Source of the DNA: Dictyostelium discoideum | Taxonomy: Eukaryota | Direction: 5' to 3' | Assembly (NCBI GenBank): GCA_000004695.1 | Contig: CM000153.2 | Coordinates: forward strand, 3,776,001-3,840,000 | DNA length: 64,000 bases | In this document: piece after piece, positions 45,925 to 63,545 of the stretch | Numbering within the stretch: position 1 is the stretch's first letter | Layout: each line of letters starts with the position of its first letter | The notes under the pieces: generated by a model | Databases searched by the model: none | Seen by the model: the letters and a program-made list of their open reading frames with translations, nothing else | What the model was told of the DNA's origin: nothing | Made by a program: the position numbers and the translations under genes

Positions 45925-46393
45925 GTTGATTTTTTTTTTGACACTAATTCACAGAAGGTATTTTTTAATTTTTTTTTCAAATAAAAAAAAAAAATAAAAA
46001 ATTGGTAATCTGGGATAATCAGTTTTTTTTTTGATGAAAAATAAAAAAATTAAAAAATCTAATCTCTTCTTTTTTTTTTTTTTTTTTTTTTTTTTGGAAA
46101 ACTTGGATAATATCATTTTTTTTTTTTTTTTTTTTTTATCTTTGAATATTTTTCATTGATTTAATGAAATAACACTAGATTTTTTTTATTGAATGGAATT
46201 ATGATTTTTTTTAAAAAAAAAAAAAAATTATTTTGATTTTTTTTATTATATTATTATCATTATTATCATTATTAAAATAATAATGGTTTTTTTTTAGATA
46301 TTTTTATTATTTGTTTATATTTTTAATTTTTTTTTTTTTTTTTTTTTTTTTTATATTATTTTTTATATTATTTATTTATTTATTTTATTTATT

Positions 46394-47703
46394 TTATAAA
46401 GATTTATTAAATTGAATTAATTCTAAAATAAAACTAACAACTTTACCAGAGATTGCAAATGAATTTTCAGCAGAACAAATTGAAGGAGCAAAATAAAGAT
46501 TTGGAGAAAATATAATTGATAAACTTTTACTATTCATTTTATTTGAAGATTCAAATTTTGTAACTTCTGCCAAAAGGTCAACCAACCATAAAAATGTGGA
46601 TCTCCTTTTCTCTTCGATTAAATTTACAATGAAAACCGGATCCATTGTAGGATCATCATTATTGGGAGATGAATTACCATTGCCACTACCACTACTACTA
46701 CTGTTTGCAGTGGCAGCTGAAGAAGCGGTATCAGCAGATTGAGCGGTTGGTTTAAAATTTAAAAATATTTCTGGATCGATATCATTCAATAGTAGATTTG
46801 GTAATTCTCTAAAGAAAACTTTAATTAAAGTGGCTATACAATGAGGTTCAGTTGTACCGATTGCTTCTCTATTGACTCTATCTTTTACTATATTATATTC
46901 TGAATCATTGGCAGGTGGTAAACGAAAGATTGATTCGGTGAGATGAGCATTACAGCCAAAGAAAGCTTGCTTCAAAATGACCAAAGCCCTTGGAACTAAC
47001 ATTGGGCCGAATGAGGTATTATCCTCGACCAACTCTGAATCCTCAATTGGTTGACCGAATGCTGTTTTATTGCTTTCCACTTGCACCAATATAAAGTATC
47101 TTACACCACCTTCGATTTCAATGATAACGACACGTCTTAATTTTATACTTGATTTCAATATCAATGAAAAGTTTAGAGTTATCGATGACTTCTTCCCAAT
47201 GAAACCCTCCTTCTCCGAGACGTTTATAGTATGAGTTTTAGATGGTGGACCCATTAATACTTTGAATTTCACTTTTTTACTTGAGAAATTGTTTAGGATA
47301 CATTCATCGATAACCTCTAGATTAATTGGAATGGTCTTTCCAAAGTTACTAAAATAAAGCATGGTTTTTGATGGTTTAACATTTAATATATCTTCGGAAA
47401 CTGCATTCTTTACAACTGATAAAAGTGATTTAACACGATTTGGATCTTTCTCTTTTGATTGTGTTGATAAATATTGATCCTTTGATGATAATAATCCAAT
47501 ACCATTACTCTTTAATATTGAATCATAACATTTATCCAATAATGATAAACTTGTATTAATATCAACATCTAAAAGTTGATTAAAAGTTTTATTGTACAAT
47601 GATGTATTTTGTTGAAATTCACCTTTACATAATTTATAATATTGTTCATATAATTGATTATTATTATTATTGTTATTATTATTATTATTATTATTATTTC
47701 CGC

Positions 47704-47791
<88 letters not shown>

Positions 47792-49306
47792 TGTATTGGA
47801 TGAATTTATTAAATTTTGTGATGATACAGTATTTGTATTTGATGTTGATGTTGATGCTATTTTAATTTGATTTAAATTAATTTCCCATCTAATTGGTACA
47901 ATTGAAGATTCAGGTGGTGGTGTATTACTACTTCTAGTTAAACTACCAAATGCAATAGTTAAACGTTTTGTTGGTGAAAAAGAACTTGAAGGAGTATTTA
48001 AATTTTTATTATTTACAACAGGGTTTGGTGATGTGGTGGATGTAGTACTGGTGGTGGTGGTTGTGGTGGTAGTAGTGGTGGTAGTTGTAGGTATTTGAGT
48101 TTTTCTTGCATTATTTTGTGAAATTGTTGAAGGTGGTGATGATGGTGGTAATTTAATTGTTGTTGTTGTTTGTGTTGGTGTTGAATGAGTTGATGATGAT
48201 GGTGATAAAGTTGGAGATTGTGGTGGTGTTAATGATGTTGATGGTGGAGTTGGCATTATATTTTGTTGTTGTGGTGATGACGGTGATGGTGACGATTGAT
48301 TATTTCTGGTTGGTGGCGGTGATGATGATTGTGGTGGTAATGGTATTGGTATATTACTTGAAATTGTAATTTCATTGTTATTATTATTATTACTATTAGT
48401 TAATATATTATCTAAACTTTGACTCTTTGATAAAGATATACTATTGTTATTATTTTGATTGATTTCAAAATTATTATATTTTGGTGGTGATTGTGGATAA
48501 TTATTTGAGGCATTACTACTTAATGAACATGTTGAAGATTCACTTATATTATCAGGTATATTGATATTATTTGGTATATTAATGCAATTTGATGATGGTA
48601 ATGGCATTGGTGATCTTGGTGGTAATGAGGTAGTGGTGGTGGTGGTGGTTGTTATTATATGCGGTGGTGGTAAAATTGAATCCTCTGAACTACTATTAAT
48701 TATATTTCCACCAACAAAATTATTTGAACTTGTATTATTACTAGTTGGTGGAGTTATTATTAAAGAATGTAAACTATTGGTACTACTATTTAATAGATTA
48801 TAATTTTCTTTCTCCTTATTTAAAGTTTGTAAATTTGTAACAGAGGCTGATAATGGAATATTGGATTGTTTTGATGTTTCAAATAGAGAGGATTGTTTTG
48901 AGGTTATAACTGGTTGAGAAACTATTGTATCGCGTCTAAGTTTATGTTGATTTGGGTTTAATTGAATGGGTATATTTGAAGGTACCTCTGGAAAACATGC
49001 AAGTAATTGCCCTAATGTCATCTTCTCCTCCTCTTTATTCAAATTAACATTCAATAGTACAACATTGATTGCTGGATTACCATTTGGATTTGAAACTATA
49101 TTTAAACCTGATGGTAATGATGCTATTGTTATTGTTGGTGATGGTGATGAAGATAATAATATTGCTGCTGAAGTTGGTGATGGTGGTGAACCAGCTGATG
49201 TTGATAATAAATCATTGCTACTAGTTGATCTAGTCATAATATTTTGTGCCTCCGCTATCTGCGCCATTATTAATACAAATGATGATTTTTCATATACTAA
49301 TGTCAT
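46394..49306 (-). CDS. RhoGAP domain-containing protein. A long Ser/Thr/Pro/Asn-rich disordered N-terminal half precedes the C-terminal GAP domain.
   Basis: C-terminal region ...AFFGCNAHLTESIFRLPPANDSEYNIVKDRVNRE...EPHCIATLIKVFFRELPNLLL... matches the RhoGAP consensus (GIFRxSG ... hVAGLLKxFLRELPEPL), including the arginine finger in IFRLP. An in-frame (AAT)n tract gives about 49 Asn. Confidence 0.6.
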
Positions 49307-50293
49307 TTTAAAAATAAATAAATATTAATATAACTATTTAATTTTTACTATTACCATATTAAATAAAAAAAATTAAAACAACAATAAAAATAATAATAAT
49401 AATAATAAAAACTTTTTTTTTTTTAAAAAAAATATATATAAATAATTATAATAAAAAAAAAGAAGAAAAAAAAAAAAAAAAAAAAAACTCTATTTAAAAA
49501 TAAAATAATATAAATAAAAAGTTGTATTAAAATAACAATAAGGTTATTTTGTCTTTTTAATTTAAATTTTTTTAAAAACAGAAAAAAAAAAAAAAAAAAA
49601 ATGGTGATAGAAAGTGTGAGTGAGTGTGTGTGTTCTATTATCATCATAAATGCACAAACGAATGTGGGTGAGTGAATTGTGTTGTGCGTTTAATGTTTAT
49701 TGTGTTTTCATCATAGAATCTAAAATTAAATCCAGATCAATTAATATATATATATATATATATAATCATAATATTTTACCTCTACTATCTATTTTATTTT
49801 ATTTTATTATATTATTATATTTTTTCTACTTTTTTTTTTTTTTTTTTTTTTAATTGAACGTGTTGTAAATTATTATTTTTCTCAATCGATTTTGTTGTTT
49901 TTTTTGTTTTTTTTACTTCTTTTTAAAATATAAAATATAAAAAAAAAAAAAGTATGTAAACGATTTTAAATTAATTTATTAATATATATTATTATTGTTT
50001 TTATTGTTTTTATTATTGGTATCAAGCTCACATACAATTTTGATATTAATTAAGTTGATTATCAGAAAAAAAAAAAAAAATTTAAAAATAAAATAAAAAA
50101 AAAAAAAAGTTGTGTGGTTGATGAGGTTGATGAGGTTGAGGAGCTAAAAATAATATTATTTATTTGAGTGTGTTGGTACAATGATTGTGTGTGTTTTTAT
50201 AGGTTATTAAAGGATAATTTATTTTGATAATTAAATTGTGAGAATAAAAAGAGAGAGCCAGATGGGTGGAAAAAAAAAAAAAAAAAAAAAATG

Positions 50294-50324
<31 letters not shown>

Positions 50325-50517
50325 TAATAATAGGATTTTTCCAATTTGAAAATAATGTCTTTAAATTAAAAATCAAACACACTAAGATACACTACGTTTT
50401 AAGTTTTTTTTTTTTTTGTATTTTAATTGTTTTTTTTGTATGTTGTTTGTGTGATATATTTAAATTTAAATTTTGATCGTATTATTATTAAGTTCTCTAT
50501 GATTAAAAGAAGTTATA

Positions 50518-50554
<37 letters not shown>

Positions 50555-50678
50555 AAAAAAAAAAGGCAACAAAAAAAAATAAAAAAAAAAGATGAAAAAA
50601 AAAAAAAAATAAAATATAAAAAAATAAAAAAAAAAATAAAAAAAAACAAGCTTGGACCAACCTACGATATTTTATTAA

Positions 50679-50713
<35 letters not shown>

Positions 50714-50806
50714 GGAAATACTTAATAAGGGGTTTTTTTTTTTATATAAGGGCTACTTTAGGTTTTAAAAAAAAAAAAAAGGAAAAAAAAAAAAAAAAAA
50801 AAAATT

Positions 50807-50842
<36 letters not shown>

Positions 50843-51514
50843 CCAAAATTAAAATTTTTATATTTTATTTTTTATTTTTTATAAAAACTAAGAAAAATAT
50901 CTTTTTTTTCAAAAAAAGCAAAAAAAAAAAATTTTTGATCTGGAAATAATTATCCGATCATCGAATTTAAAAAAATACGATAATCCCCATTAATTTCGGG
51001 AACTGCAAATTAATTGCAACTTCTTAATTTTTAATTTTTTATTTTTTTTAATTATTTTAGAAGCAAGATTGGTATAATTATTATCTTAAAAAAAAAAAAA
51101 AATAAGATTAAAAAAAAAACATTGTAATTTTACATTGCACTGCTTCAATAAATTTAATTTTTTTTTTGTTGTTTTTTTTTTTGTTATTATCTTCTTTAAT
51201 AAAAATAATTCATTAAATAAAACTTTTTTTTTTTTTTTTTTTTTATATTTCAATCACTTGTTTTTATTTTTATTTTTATTTTAACTCAATATATTTACAA
51301 ATCAAAATTGAATAATTATTAAATTTTGAAAATTTTTGGCAAAAAAGTCTTAAAAAAATTAATCTATTGTTTTAATCTTTATTATAAATAAAAGATTATG
51401 GGTTTATTTTTTTTTTTTTTTTTTCAAACACTAATTGAAAAATTATAATAAAATCTTTTTTTTTTATTTTTAGATATCTTTTTTTTATTTTAATTATATT
51501 TTTAAATTATATTT

Positions 51515-51553
<39 letters not shown>

Positions 51554-51558
51554 TAAAT

Positions 51559-51595
<37 letters not shown>

Positions 51596-51610
51596 TTTCC
51601 AGGTTTGAAA

Positions 51611-52047
51611 TTAGGCCTCAACTTGTTGGGCGGGATCTGAAGTTTCAACAGTTTCAACTTTTCTCTTTTTTCCATCTTTAATATCACCGGCCTCATCAAT
51701 TGATCTCTTTTTGTTTTCAGATTCATTGGCGTCGGCTTCGTTACTTTCACCATTTGATGTTTGTTGTGGTTCATGATTTTGTTGTTGATGTTGTTCTTGT
51801 AATTTTTCACTAGCAGCACTGTCATTGGAAAGTGGATTTTCTGGCTCTACTGGAGCAGCTGGTTCAGTCTCTTTTTCTTCAGCTGGTTCATTTTCTTTAA
51901 CTTTCTGTTGGTCACATGGTTCCTTAGATTTTTCTTCTTGTACTGGTTCCTCTGGTTCTTTTGGTTTTTCTTGTTCTGATTTTTCACAACTATTATTTTC
52001 ATTATTTTCATTATTTTCATTATTACTACTATTATTATTATTATTAC

Positions 52048-52122
<75 letters not shown>

Positions 52123-52228
52123 CATTATTTTCATTTACTACTGGACAATCTGATTGAACAACATTTTGTTGAGATTCTACATTTGTAGACTCGACTGGTT
52201 GTTGTGCTTCATTGTTATTGTTGCTCAT
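51611..52228 (-). CDS. Hypothetical acidic low-complexity protein of 205 aa, with a poly-Asn tract of about 36 residues, a Glu/Pro/Lys-rich region and KKRK motifs (possibly nuclear).
   Basis: Complete ATG-to-TAA ORF with Dictyostelium codon usage. No homology recognised. Confidence 0.35.
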
Positions 52229-52405
52229 TTTGATTTATTAATATTATTATTATTATTATTATTATTATTTATTAAATTGTCTGAAAATATAATTATTATT
52301 AATAGTTTGGAAAAAAAAATAATAAAAAAAAAAGTAGAATATTATTTATTTGAAAAATTATTACAAATTAATTATAATTAAGTGTATAAAAAAAATGAAT
52401 AAAAA

Positions 52406-52438
<33 letters not shown>

Positions 52439-52990
52439 AAAAAATAATTAATTTTTTTTTTAAATCAAAAAATTTAAATTAAAATAAAAATTAAATTAAA
52501 TTAAATAATGTTTAAAAATGGAATTTTTTTAACAAAAGAAAAGAAAAGAAAAAGAAAAAAAAATAAAAAAAAAACTGTTTGGATTGATCAACCCCCAATA
52601 AAATTTTATTTTTTTTTTTTTTATTTTATTTGAAATAACTCCACATATGCAAAATAATTAAAAAAACTACCACCTTTTTTTTTTTTGCCCTATTTCATTT
52701 TGTTGACGGGCTATTTCATTTTGTAATTGAAAAAAATATATTATTTTTTAACCACTAAAATGATAAATTAAATTAAAAAAAAAAAAAAAATAAAAAAAAA
52801 TAAAAAAAAAGATTTAAAAAAATTAAAATAAAAATAAAAATAATAAAAATAATAATAAAAATAAATTTAAATTTAAAATAAAATAACATGTAAATAATTA
52901 AAAATTAAATAAAAAAAAAAAAAAAAAATAAATAAAAATTTGTTTAAAAAATATTATTTTTTTTATTTTTTTTTTTTATTTTTTTTTTAT

Positions 52991-53313
52991 TTATTTATTA
53001 TCGTTATAAGATAATAAAATTTTTTCAGTTGTTAAAGATTTGATTGGTAATTTTGAAACTATAAAATTTGAATCTGTGAGCAAAGTTGGATCATTTTCAC
53101 TATAAGGTTTAATAATATCAAAACTTGATTCTTTAAAAGTAACCTCTTTGAGTAAATAATCTTTTCCAAATTCATGATAAATTCTTGTATCTAAACATCT
53201 ACAAATTACATCATCTACTCTTAAAAAGAATCTTGATAATAAAAACACTGATTCATTATTAACTCTCTTTTTTTTTTTTTTTTTTTTAAAATTTAGTAAA
53301 TTAATTATAAACT

Positions 53314-53351
<38 letters not shown>

Positions 53352-53689
53352 TTACAATTTTAACAGATAACATAGAACTACCATTATCAGCCAATTCATC
53401 TTCATATAATAATACATCGTCAAAAAATAAAATTGGGTCAGGTCTTTTTAATTTTTCAATATCAATTTTTTCGGTTGTGTTTTCAAATAATCCCTTTGAT
53501 AATTAAAAAATTGATTTTAAATGAATTTAAAAAATTAAAAAAAATTAAAAAAATTAAAAATAAAATTCTATTAATAATTTGGTAAAAAAAAAAAAAATAA
53601 AAATGAAAATAAAAAAATAAAATATTTAACCCAATTTAATTGGGCGAAAAAAAATTATAATAATAAAGAAAAATAATAATTATTTGGTG

Positions 53690-53725
<36 letters not shown>

Positions 53726-54143
53726 TACTTACAATTGGTTTTTCAAAATTTGAATAACAATGACCACGTGTTAAAATTGTACCAGTATATGGTGAAGAAA
53801 AGGTCCACTCAAATGATTTTTCAATTTGACCTTCAAATCCTTTATTAATTTCTTCCCATTTCTTTGAAGATGAAACTTTAATTGATTGATCAGCAACTTT
53901 ATCCAACATTTTCAAAGCATCCATACAATTGAAAACGATTGTAATATCACGTTTTTCATTTGAAAGTCTAATAAAATTATTACCATATACCATCTCTGGT
54001 AATCCATTCAATACCAACTCTTTCTCCCATTCTTCTTTTTCTGTTGATTTTAAAATTGGATTCTTTGATGTATGAATTACCCAATCTCCAATTTCAATAC
54101 CATTTTTAATTAATTTATGTGGTGTATTAATTGTTGTTGTCAT
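52991..54143 (-). CDS. TIP41-like protein (TIPRL), a TOR-pathway and PP2A regulator. Exons 54143..53733, 53493..53356, 53266..52991.
   Basis: TIP41 hallmark blocks: [17 protein letters not shown]...LPEMVYGNN...IVFNCMDAL (N-terminus) and [15 protein letters not shown]|[34 protein letters not shown] (compare DELHDNGVSLLTVKVRVMPDxxFVLLRFWLRVDGV..RDTRLYHDF). GTAAGT and GTAAAT donors, phase 0. Exon lengths are 411, 138 and 276. Confidence 0.75.
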
Positions 54144-54483
54144 TTTAAGTATAAATAAATAATAAAATTATAAAAAAATAAAGTTTCAAAAAAAAAAAAA
54201 AAAAAAAAAATTTTGATTTTTTTATAAATTAATTTTGGATAGAGAGGACTTTTTTTTTTTTTTTATTGTTTTTGGTTGAAAAAAAAAGTTTTTGTGATCA
54301 TTTTTCGTTTATTTTTTTTTATTTTTTTATTTTTTTTTTTTATTTTTTATTTTTTATTTTTTTTTTCCAACCAAAAATTAGAAAACAGATAATCATTATC
54401 TGTTTTTTTTTTTTTTTTTTTTTTCTAAACACTTTTTTTTTTTTAAAAAAAAATTAATGAAAAAATAAAAATAGATATATAAA

Positions 54484-55564
54484 ATGTATACATTATTAGT
54501 TGGATTTCTTTTAGGTATAATTTTTAGTTCAGTTATTTTAATTTATACATTCTTTCAATTATTATCAAAAAAAGTTGACCCAAAAGATATACCAGTTAGA
54601 AAACAACAAATTTCCAAAACTACCACCACAACTACAACCACTACAACAACAACAACTTCAATTCATCCAAAAGATATTACAACAGATAAATTACAAGAGA
54701 TTTTAGATTTTAGTGATATTAGACCAACATCAATTGAAACTTGTAAATGGATAAATTTCATTGCTGCTCGTATTTTATCCGATTTAAATAACTCTTCTCA
54801 ATTCTCTCAAAAAATTTATTCATTTTTAAATAATATTTTTGATGAAAATAATAAACCAGATTTTTTAGTATGTATCAATGAATTAATTCATTATTAATTT
54901 CTTCTTTTTAATATCTTATTAATTTATATTTATTTATTTATTATTATTTTTTAAAAAACAATAGGGTAAATTAAATTTCTCAGATATTTCATTTGGTTCG
55001 ACAACACCAGAAATTGGTATAGTTAAATTAGTTTCACCACCAAATTCATCATATAGTATATTAGAATTTGATATCATTTATTCAGGTGATGCATCGGTTA
55101 CTGCATCTTCTGAATTATGGTTAAATTGGCCACAAAAACATATTGCTTGTTTACCTGTAAAAACTAAATTATCATTAAAACATTTCTCTGGAAAGGTATA
55201 TACATATATTTTATTATTTATTTTATTATTTATTTAAAATATAAGAGGTATTAATTTTTTTTTTTTTATAATTTTTTAAAAAAGTTTGTTTTATATATTC
55301 CAAATACACCAAATCCAACATGTGTTGTTTATTTAAAAAATGCACCACAAATCCAATTAAGAATGATTACAAAGATGGGTCATGAAACAGTATTAAAAGA
55401 ACCAGGTAAAATTGGAACTTTCCTTCAAACTCAAATCATTAAACATATCAATCAAAGATTGGTACCACCAAATTTCTTAAGTTTTAATATCTTTCAATTT
55501 CTATATAATACCCCATTAAAAGTTAATCATAATATACATACAATAAATCCAATTATTCAAAACA

Positions 55565-55595
<31 letters not shown>

Positions 55596-55749
55596 TGAAA
55601 ATAATAATACCATATATAATACATCACCAATTACTTCACCAATTCCTTCACCACCTTTACAATCATCATTAAAATCAACAAACTCCCCAAATGGAGTTAA
55701 AAAAAGATCTACAAACAAAGTTTCTTATTCACCAATTAATTCAAAATAA
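54484..55749 (+). CDS. N-terminally membrane-anchored SMP-domain lipid-transfer protein (Mmm1/TEX2-like; candidate ERMES Mmm1). Exons 54484..54867, 54965..55195, 55285..55749.
   Basis: TM helix MYTLLVGFLLGIIFSSVILIYTFF, poly-Thr linker, then SIETCKWINFIAARI...PDFL|GKLNFSDISFGSTTPEIGIVKL..., which resembles the ESxxWxNxL...PxFI...LDLG pattern of SMP domains. GTATGT donor at 54868 and GTATAT donor at 55196; acceptors AATAG and AAAAAG; phase 0 throughout. Confidence 0.5.
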
Positions 55750-55997
55750 AACCAAAATAAAATAAAAAAGAAAAAAAAAAAATTAAAAAAGTTCAATACA
55801 TTTGTAATTTTAATTCACAAAGAAGAAATATATTGATTATTGTAAAAAAAAAAGGAAATAAATGGTTTTTTTTTTTTTTTAAATATAAAATGATATTTTT
55901 ATTATTTACATAAATATAGATATATTTAATTAATATGGAAAAAACTTTGAGTTAATCCAATAATATATTAATATTGCATTAATATTTAATTATAAAT

Positions 55998-58469
55998 TTA
56001 TAATGAAAAAGTTAAAATGATTAAAGATGAGATGAAAACGATTAAAGAAAAAGAAGGTGTTAAAAAGAATGATGAACTTGAATCAGTGGAATTTGAGGAT
56101 GAGTCAAATGATGATGTTGAGTTTGAAGAGGTAGTTGATGAAGCTGATGAAGAACCACCATAATAGAATCTACAAATATCATTCTTTGTACAAGTGAGTG
56201 GAGTTGCGAAACATGGACTTTCACAAATGAATTGAATACAGTTTTCAACCATACAACTACCATTTGTTAATGGTACACCAAGATTACATTCATTATCAAG
56301 TGCACATTGAGTAATTTTAGTTAAACTTTCTTGACATTGTAAATTGTAATTAGCAATTGGGACACATTTGGCTGTTGAAATTTCACTGCCACTTGTTGAT
56401 GATGATGTTGAATTTGATCCACTATTAGAACCACTTGAAGATAAATCACCACTAGATGATGATGGTGATGATGATGATGATGCAGTTGAATTCGATCCAC
56501 TTGAAAGCAAATCAGTAGAGTTTGAATTTGATGCACTTGATGATAGATCACCATTTGATGATGATGCAGTTGAATTTGATCCAGAATTTGATGATGAGGA
56601 AGAATTTGAAGCAGAAGATGAAGAGATAGAAGATGAAGCAGAAGATGATGAAGCAGAAGATGATGATTTATCACAAATACATTTTTCATAATCTAAGCTA
56701 CATACTGTTACATCATTTGAACAATCAGCACCAGTGATTAATTTATTACAAACACCATTGTAATCACAAACTAATCCTTGAGTTAAGTCACAATCCATTC
56801 TATTTAATAAATTGCTGTAACTTGTAAGAGTTGCATTTTCTTTAATTTTTAATGGAGTTGGATTATATAATGAACAATGTTCACCTTCTTTCTTTGTGAA
56901 TTGTCTTCTACAGTATTTAACTCTTTTACCTGGACCACTTGATGATGAAGATGTTGAAGAACCAGAAGCTGATGAAGAGCCAGAAGCTGATGAAGAACCA
57001 GAAGCTGATGAAGAACCAGAGGCTGATGAAGAACCAGAGGCTGATGAAGAACCTGATGCAGATGAAGAGCCTGAGGCTGATGAATCTGATGAGGAGGAAT
57101 TAGATGATGCAGATGATCCACTTTCTGACATTGAGTTACTTCCACTTTGAGCATCACGGAGTAATGAATTAGAATTGTCACTGTTATTACTATTGTTTGA
57201 TCCACTGTCGGATGTAGAGTTTGAACCAGAGTTGGAGTTGGAGTTTGAACCAGAGTTAGAGTTGGAGTTTGAACCAGAGTTAGAGTTGGAGTTTGAACCA
57301 GAATTAGAGTTTGAACCACTATCGGATGTAGAGTTTGAACCAGAGTTAGAGTTGGAGTTTGAACCAGAATTGGAGTTAGAGTTTGAACCAGAATTAGAAT
57401 TTGAGTTTGAACCAGAGTTAGAGTTTGAGCCAGAATTAGAATTTGAACTAGAATCAAATGAACTATCAGAGTCATCATCAGTTGGGTTAACAGAACATAT
57501 CATATCATAAGAACATTGGAAACTTGAATCACATTCATCACCTTCCTCTAACCATTCAACACATTCACCTTGATTTGGTAATGAAGAATCACAACGATAA
57601 TATTGACCGAATGAGCAAGCAGTTGTATCATAAACACCATCGATACAAATGGTTGGTGATGAACATTTATCATCTTTACAATTACCACTTGCACAATCAT
57701 CATTGGATTCACAATCTTGGCCAAAATTTAAAGTTCCTTTTTTATCTTCTTGACATGTACCATTGACACAAATTAAATCTTCAAAACAATTTGAAATTTT
57801 TCCAAACACAACAGTACAACTACCACCAACATTTACCTTTGGAACACAAGTGGCTTCACCAAAATTTGGGAATCCACTTGAACTTGAACCGCTACTTTGG
57901 CTAGAGCTTTCACTTTGACTACCACTTTGGCTTGAACTTGCACTTTGACTACCACTTTGGCTTGAGCTTTCACTTTGACTACCACTTTGGCTTGAGCTTG
58001 CACTTTGACTGCCACTTTGGCTTGAGCTTTCACTTTGGCTACCACTTTGGCTTGAGCTTGCACTTTGGCTACCACTTTGGCTTGAGTCTACACTTTGGCT
58101 ACTATTACCACTTTGGCTACCACTTTGACTACCACTTTGGCTGCCACTGTTAGCCCAAACAGGCATACAAAAGAAGCCTTGTTCACACATGTCGACTTTT
58201 GTTAAATCAAATCTTTAGAAATTGGAAAAATTAAAATCTTGAATGTTTCTTTTTTATTTTTTTATTTTTTTTTTTCAAAAGGTTTAGTATACTTACGAAC
58301 AGGGTGCATTAACAGGAGCATCACATTGATAATCAATACAAATTGGTGGTAAACCAATACTATCACTACTACTATGGCTACCACTACCTTCATGACTATC
58401 ACAAGATAATACTTGAGGAAGATAGTTATTTGATAAAAGTAAAATTAAAGTTGATAATAATAATTTCAT
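55998..58469 (-). CDS. Secreted, probably GPI-anchored, Ser/Gly/Asn-rich modular protein with Cys-rich (EGF-like) modules. Exons 58469..58297 (signal peptide MKLLLSTLILLLSNNYLPQVLSC) and 58203..55998.
   Basis: Signal peptide, GTAAGT donor at 58296, CTAAAG acceptor at 58205-58204 (phase 2). Three Cys-rich modules are separated by distinct repeat arrays (SGSQS)n, (SGSNSNSN)n and (SGSSSA)n. The C-terminus ...SSSFFLTPSFSLIVFISSLIILTFSL* is a typical GPI attachment signal. Confidence 0.55.
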
Positions 58470-59493
58470 ATTTTAAATGGTTTTTGAAATAAAAAGGAAA
58501 AAGAAGAAGATTGAAATTTAAAGATAAATATGTGGTTGAACATAAAATAAATATATGAAAAATATAATTTTTTTTTTTTTTTTTTTTTTAATTGATAATA
58601 AATATAAATAATATTTATTTATATTTTTTATTATTTAATTAAATAAATAAATAGTTGATTATTGTTGAATGGTTTGATTAAAATTTTTTTTTTTGTCCTT
58701 TTTATAGTTTTTTTTTTTTTTAGATTAAAATTTGATGATAAACATTTTTTTAGTTTTTTTAAGTAAAATCTTAATTTTAAAATGAAAATCACATTATTAT
58801 TAATAATGGATAAGGGACAGTCGTTTTTTTGTTCTTTTTGTGTGAAAGTTATTTATAATCAAAGAATCAAATAAAAATTAATTATTATAAATCGAATCAT
58901 TTTAAATTAAAGGGTTTTTTTTTTTTTTTTTTAAAATAAAAAAGTAAAAACGATGGGGATTTCACTTTTTTTTTATTTGTCAAAAAAAAAAAAAGGCAAA
59001 AATGTATTTTCTCATAAAATTATTTTTGGAAAAAAAAAAAAAAAAAAAAAAAAAATAAATAAAAATAAAAATAAAATAAAAAAAACTTAAAACTGGTTTT
59101 ATTATAATATTTAAAATCAAATAATATAAAATTCATACTCATTTATCTATTTATATTTTATTTATTTTAAATAAAATAATTTCTTTAAAACTAATTTTTT
59201 AAATAAAAATAATAATAATAATAATAATAATAAAATCCAATTAAAAAAAATTAAAATAAAAATACAAACATGAGATTTTATAGAGTAAAATTGAAATAAT
59301 ATTTTTTTTTGGAAATAAAATACTGTATTTTATAAATATTTGTTTAAATTTTTTAATTCTTAAAATCTCATTTTGTTGAGAAGAGAGGTTTTGTTTTAAT
59401 TTTTTTTATTTTTATTTTTTTTATTTTTTTTTATTTTTTTTATTTTTTTATTTAACCCATTTCTGAAGTTTGGAGTGTCAGCATGAATTTTTT

Positions 59494-59531
<38 letters not shown>

Positions 59532-59568
59532 CTCAAAAAAAGACAAAACAATAACTTTAAAAAGAGTA

Positions 59569-63446
<3,878 letters not shown>

Positions 63447-63545
63447 AAACCAAACAATTATCAAGTGATTCATTTCTTACTGTGATAATGTATTCAAAAA
63501 TAAAATAAAAATATTGCTACTTTAAATCTTTTTTTTTTATTATTA

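Noticed and set aside
56368-57510. Plus-strand ORFs 56368..56691, 56896..57150 and 57175..57510, encoding DEEPEAD and EFEPELELEF repeats.
   Set aside because: They are exact antisense of the (SGSNSNSN)n and (SGSSSA)n coding repeats of the minus-strand Ser-rich gene. They have no start context or splice signals.
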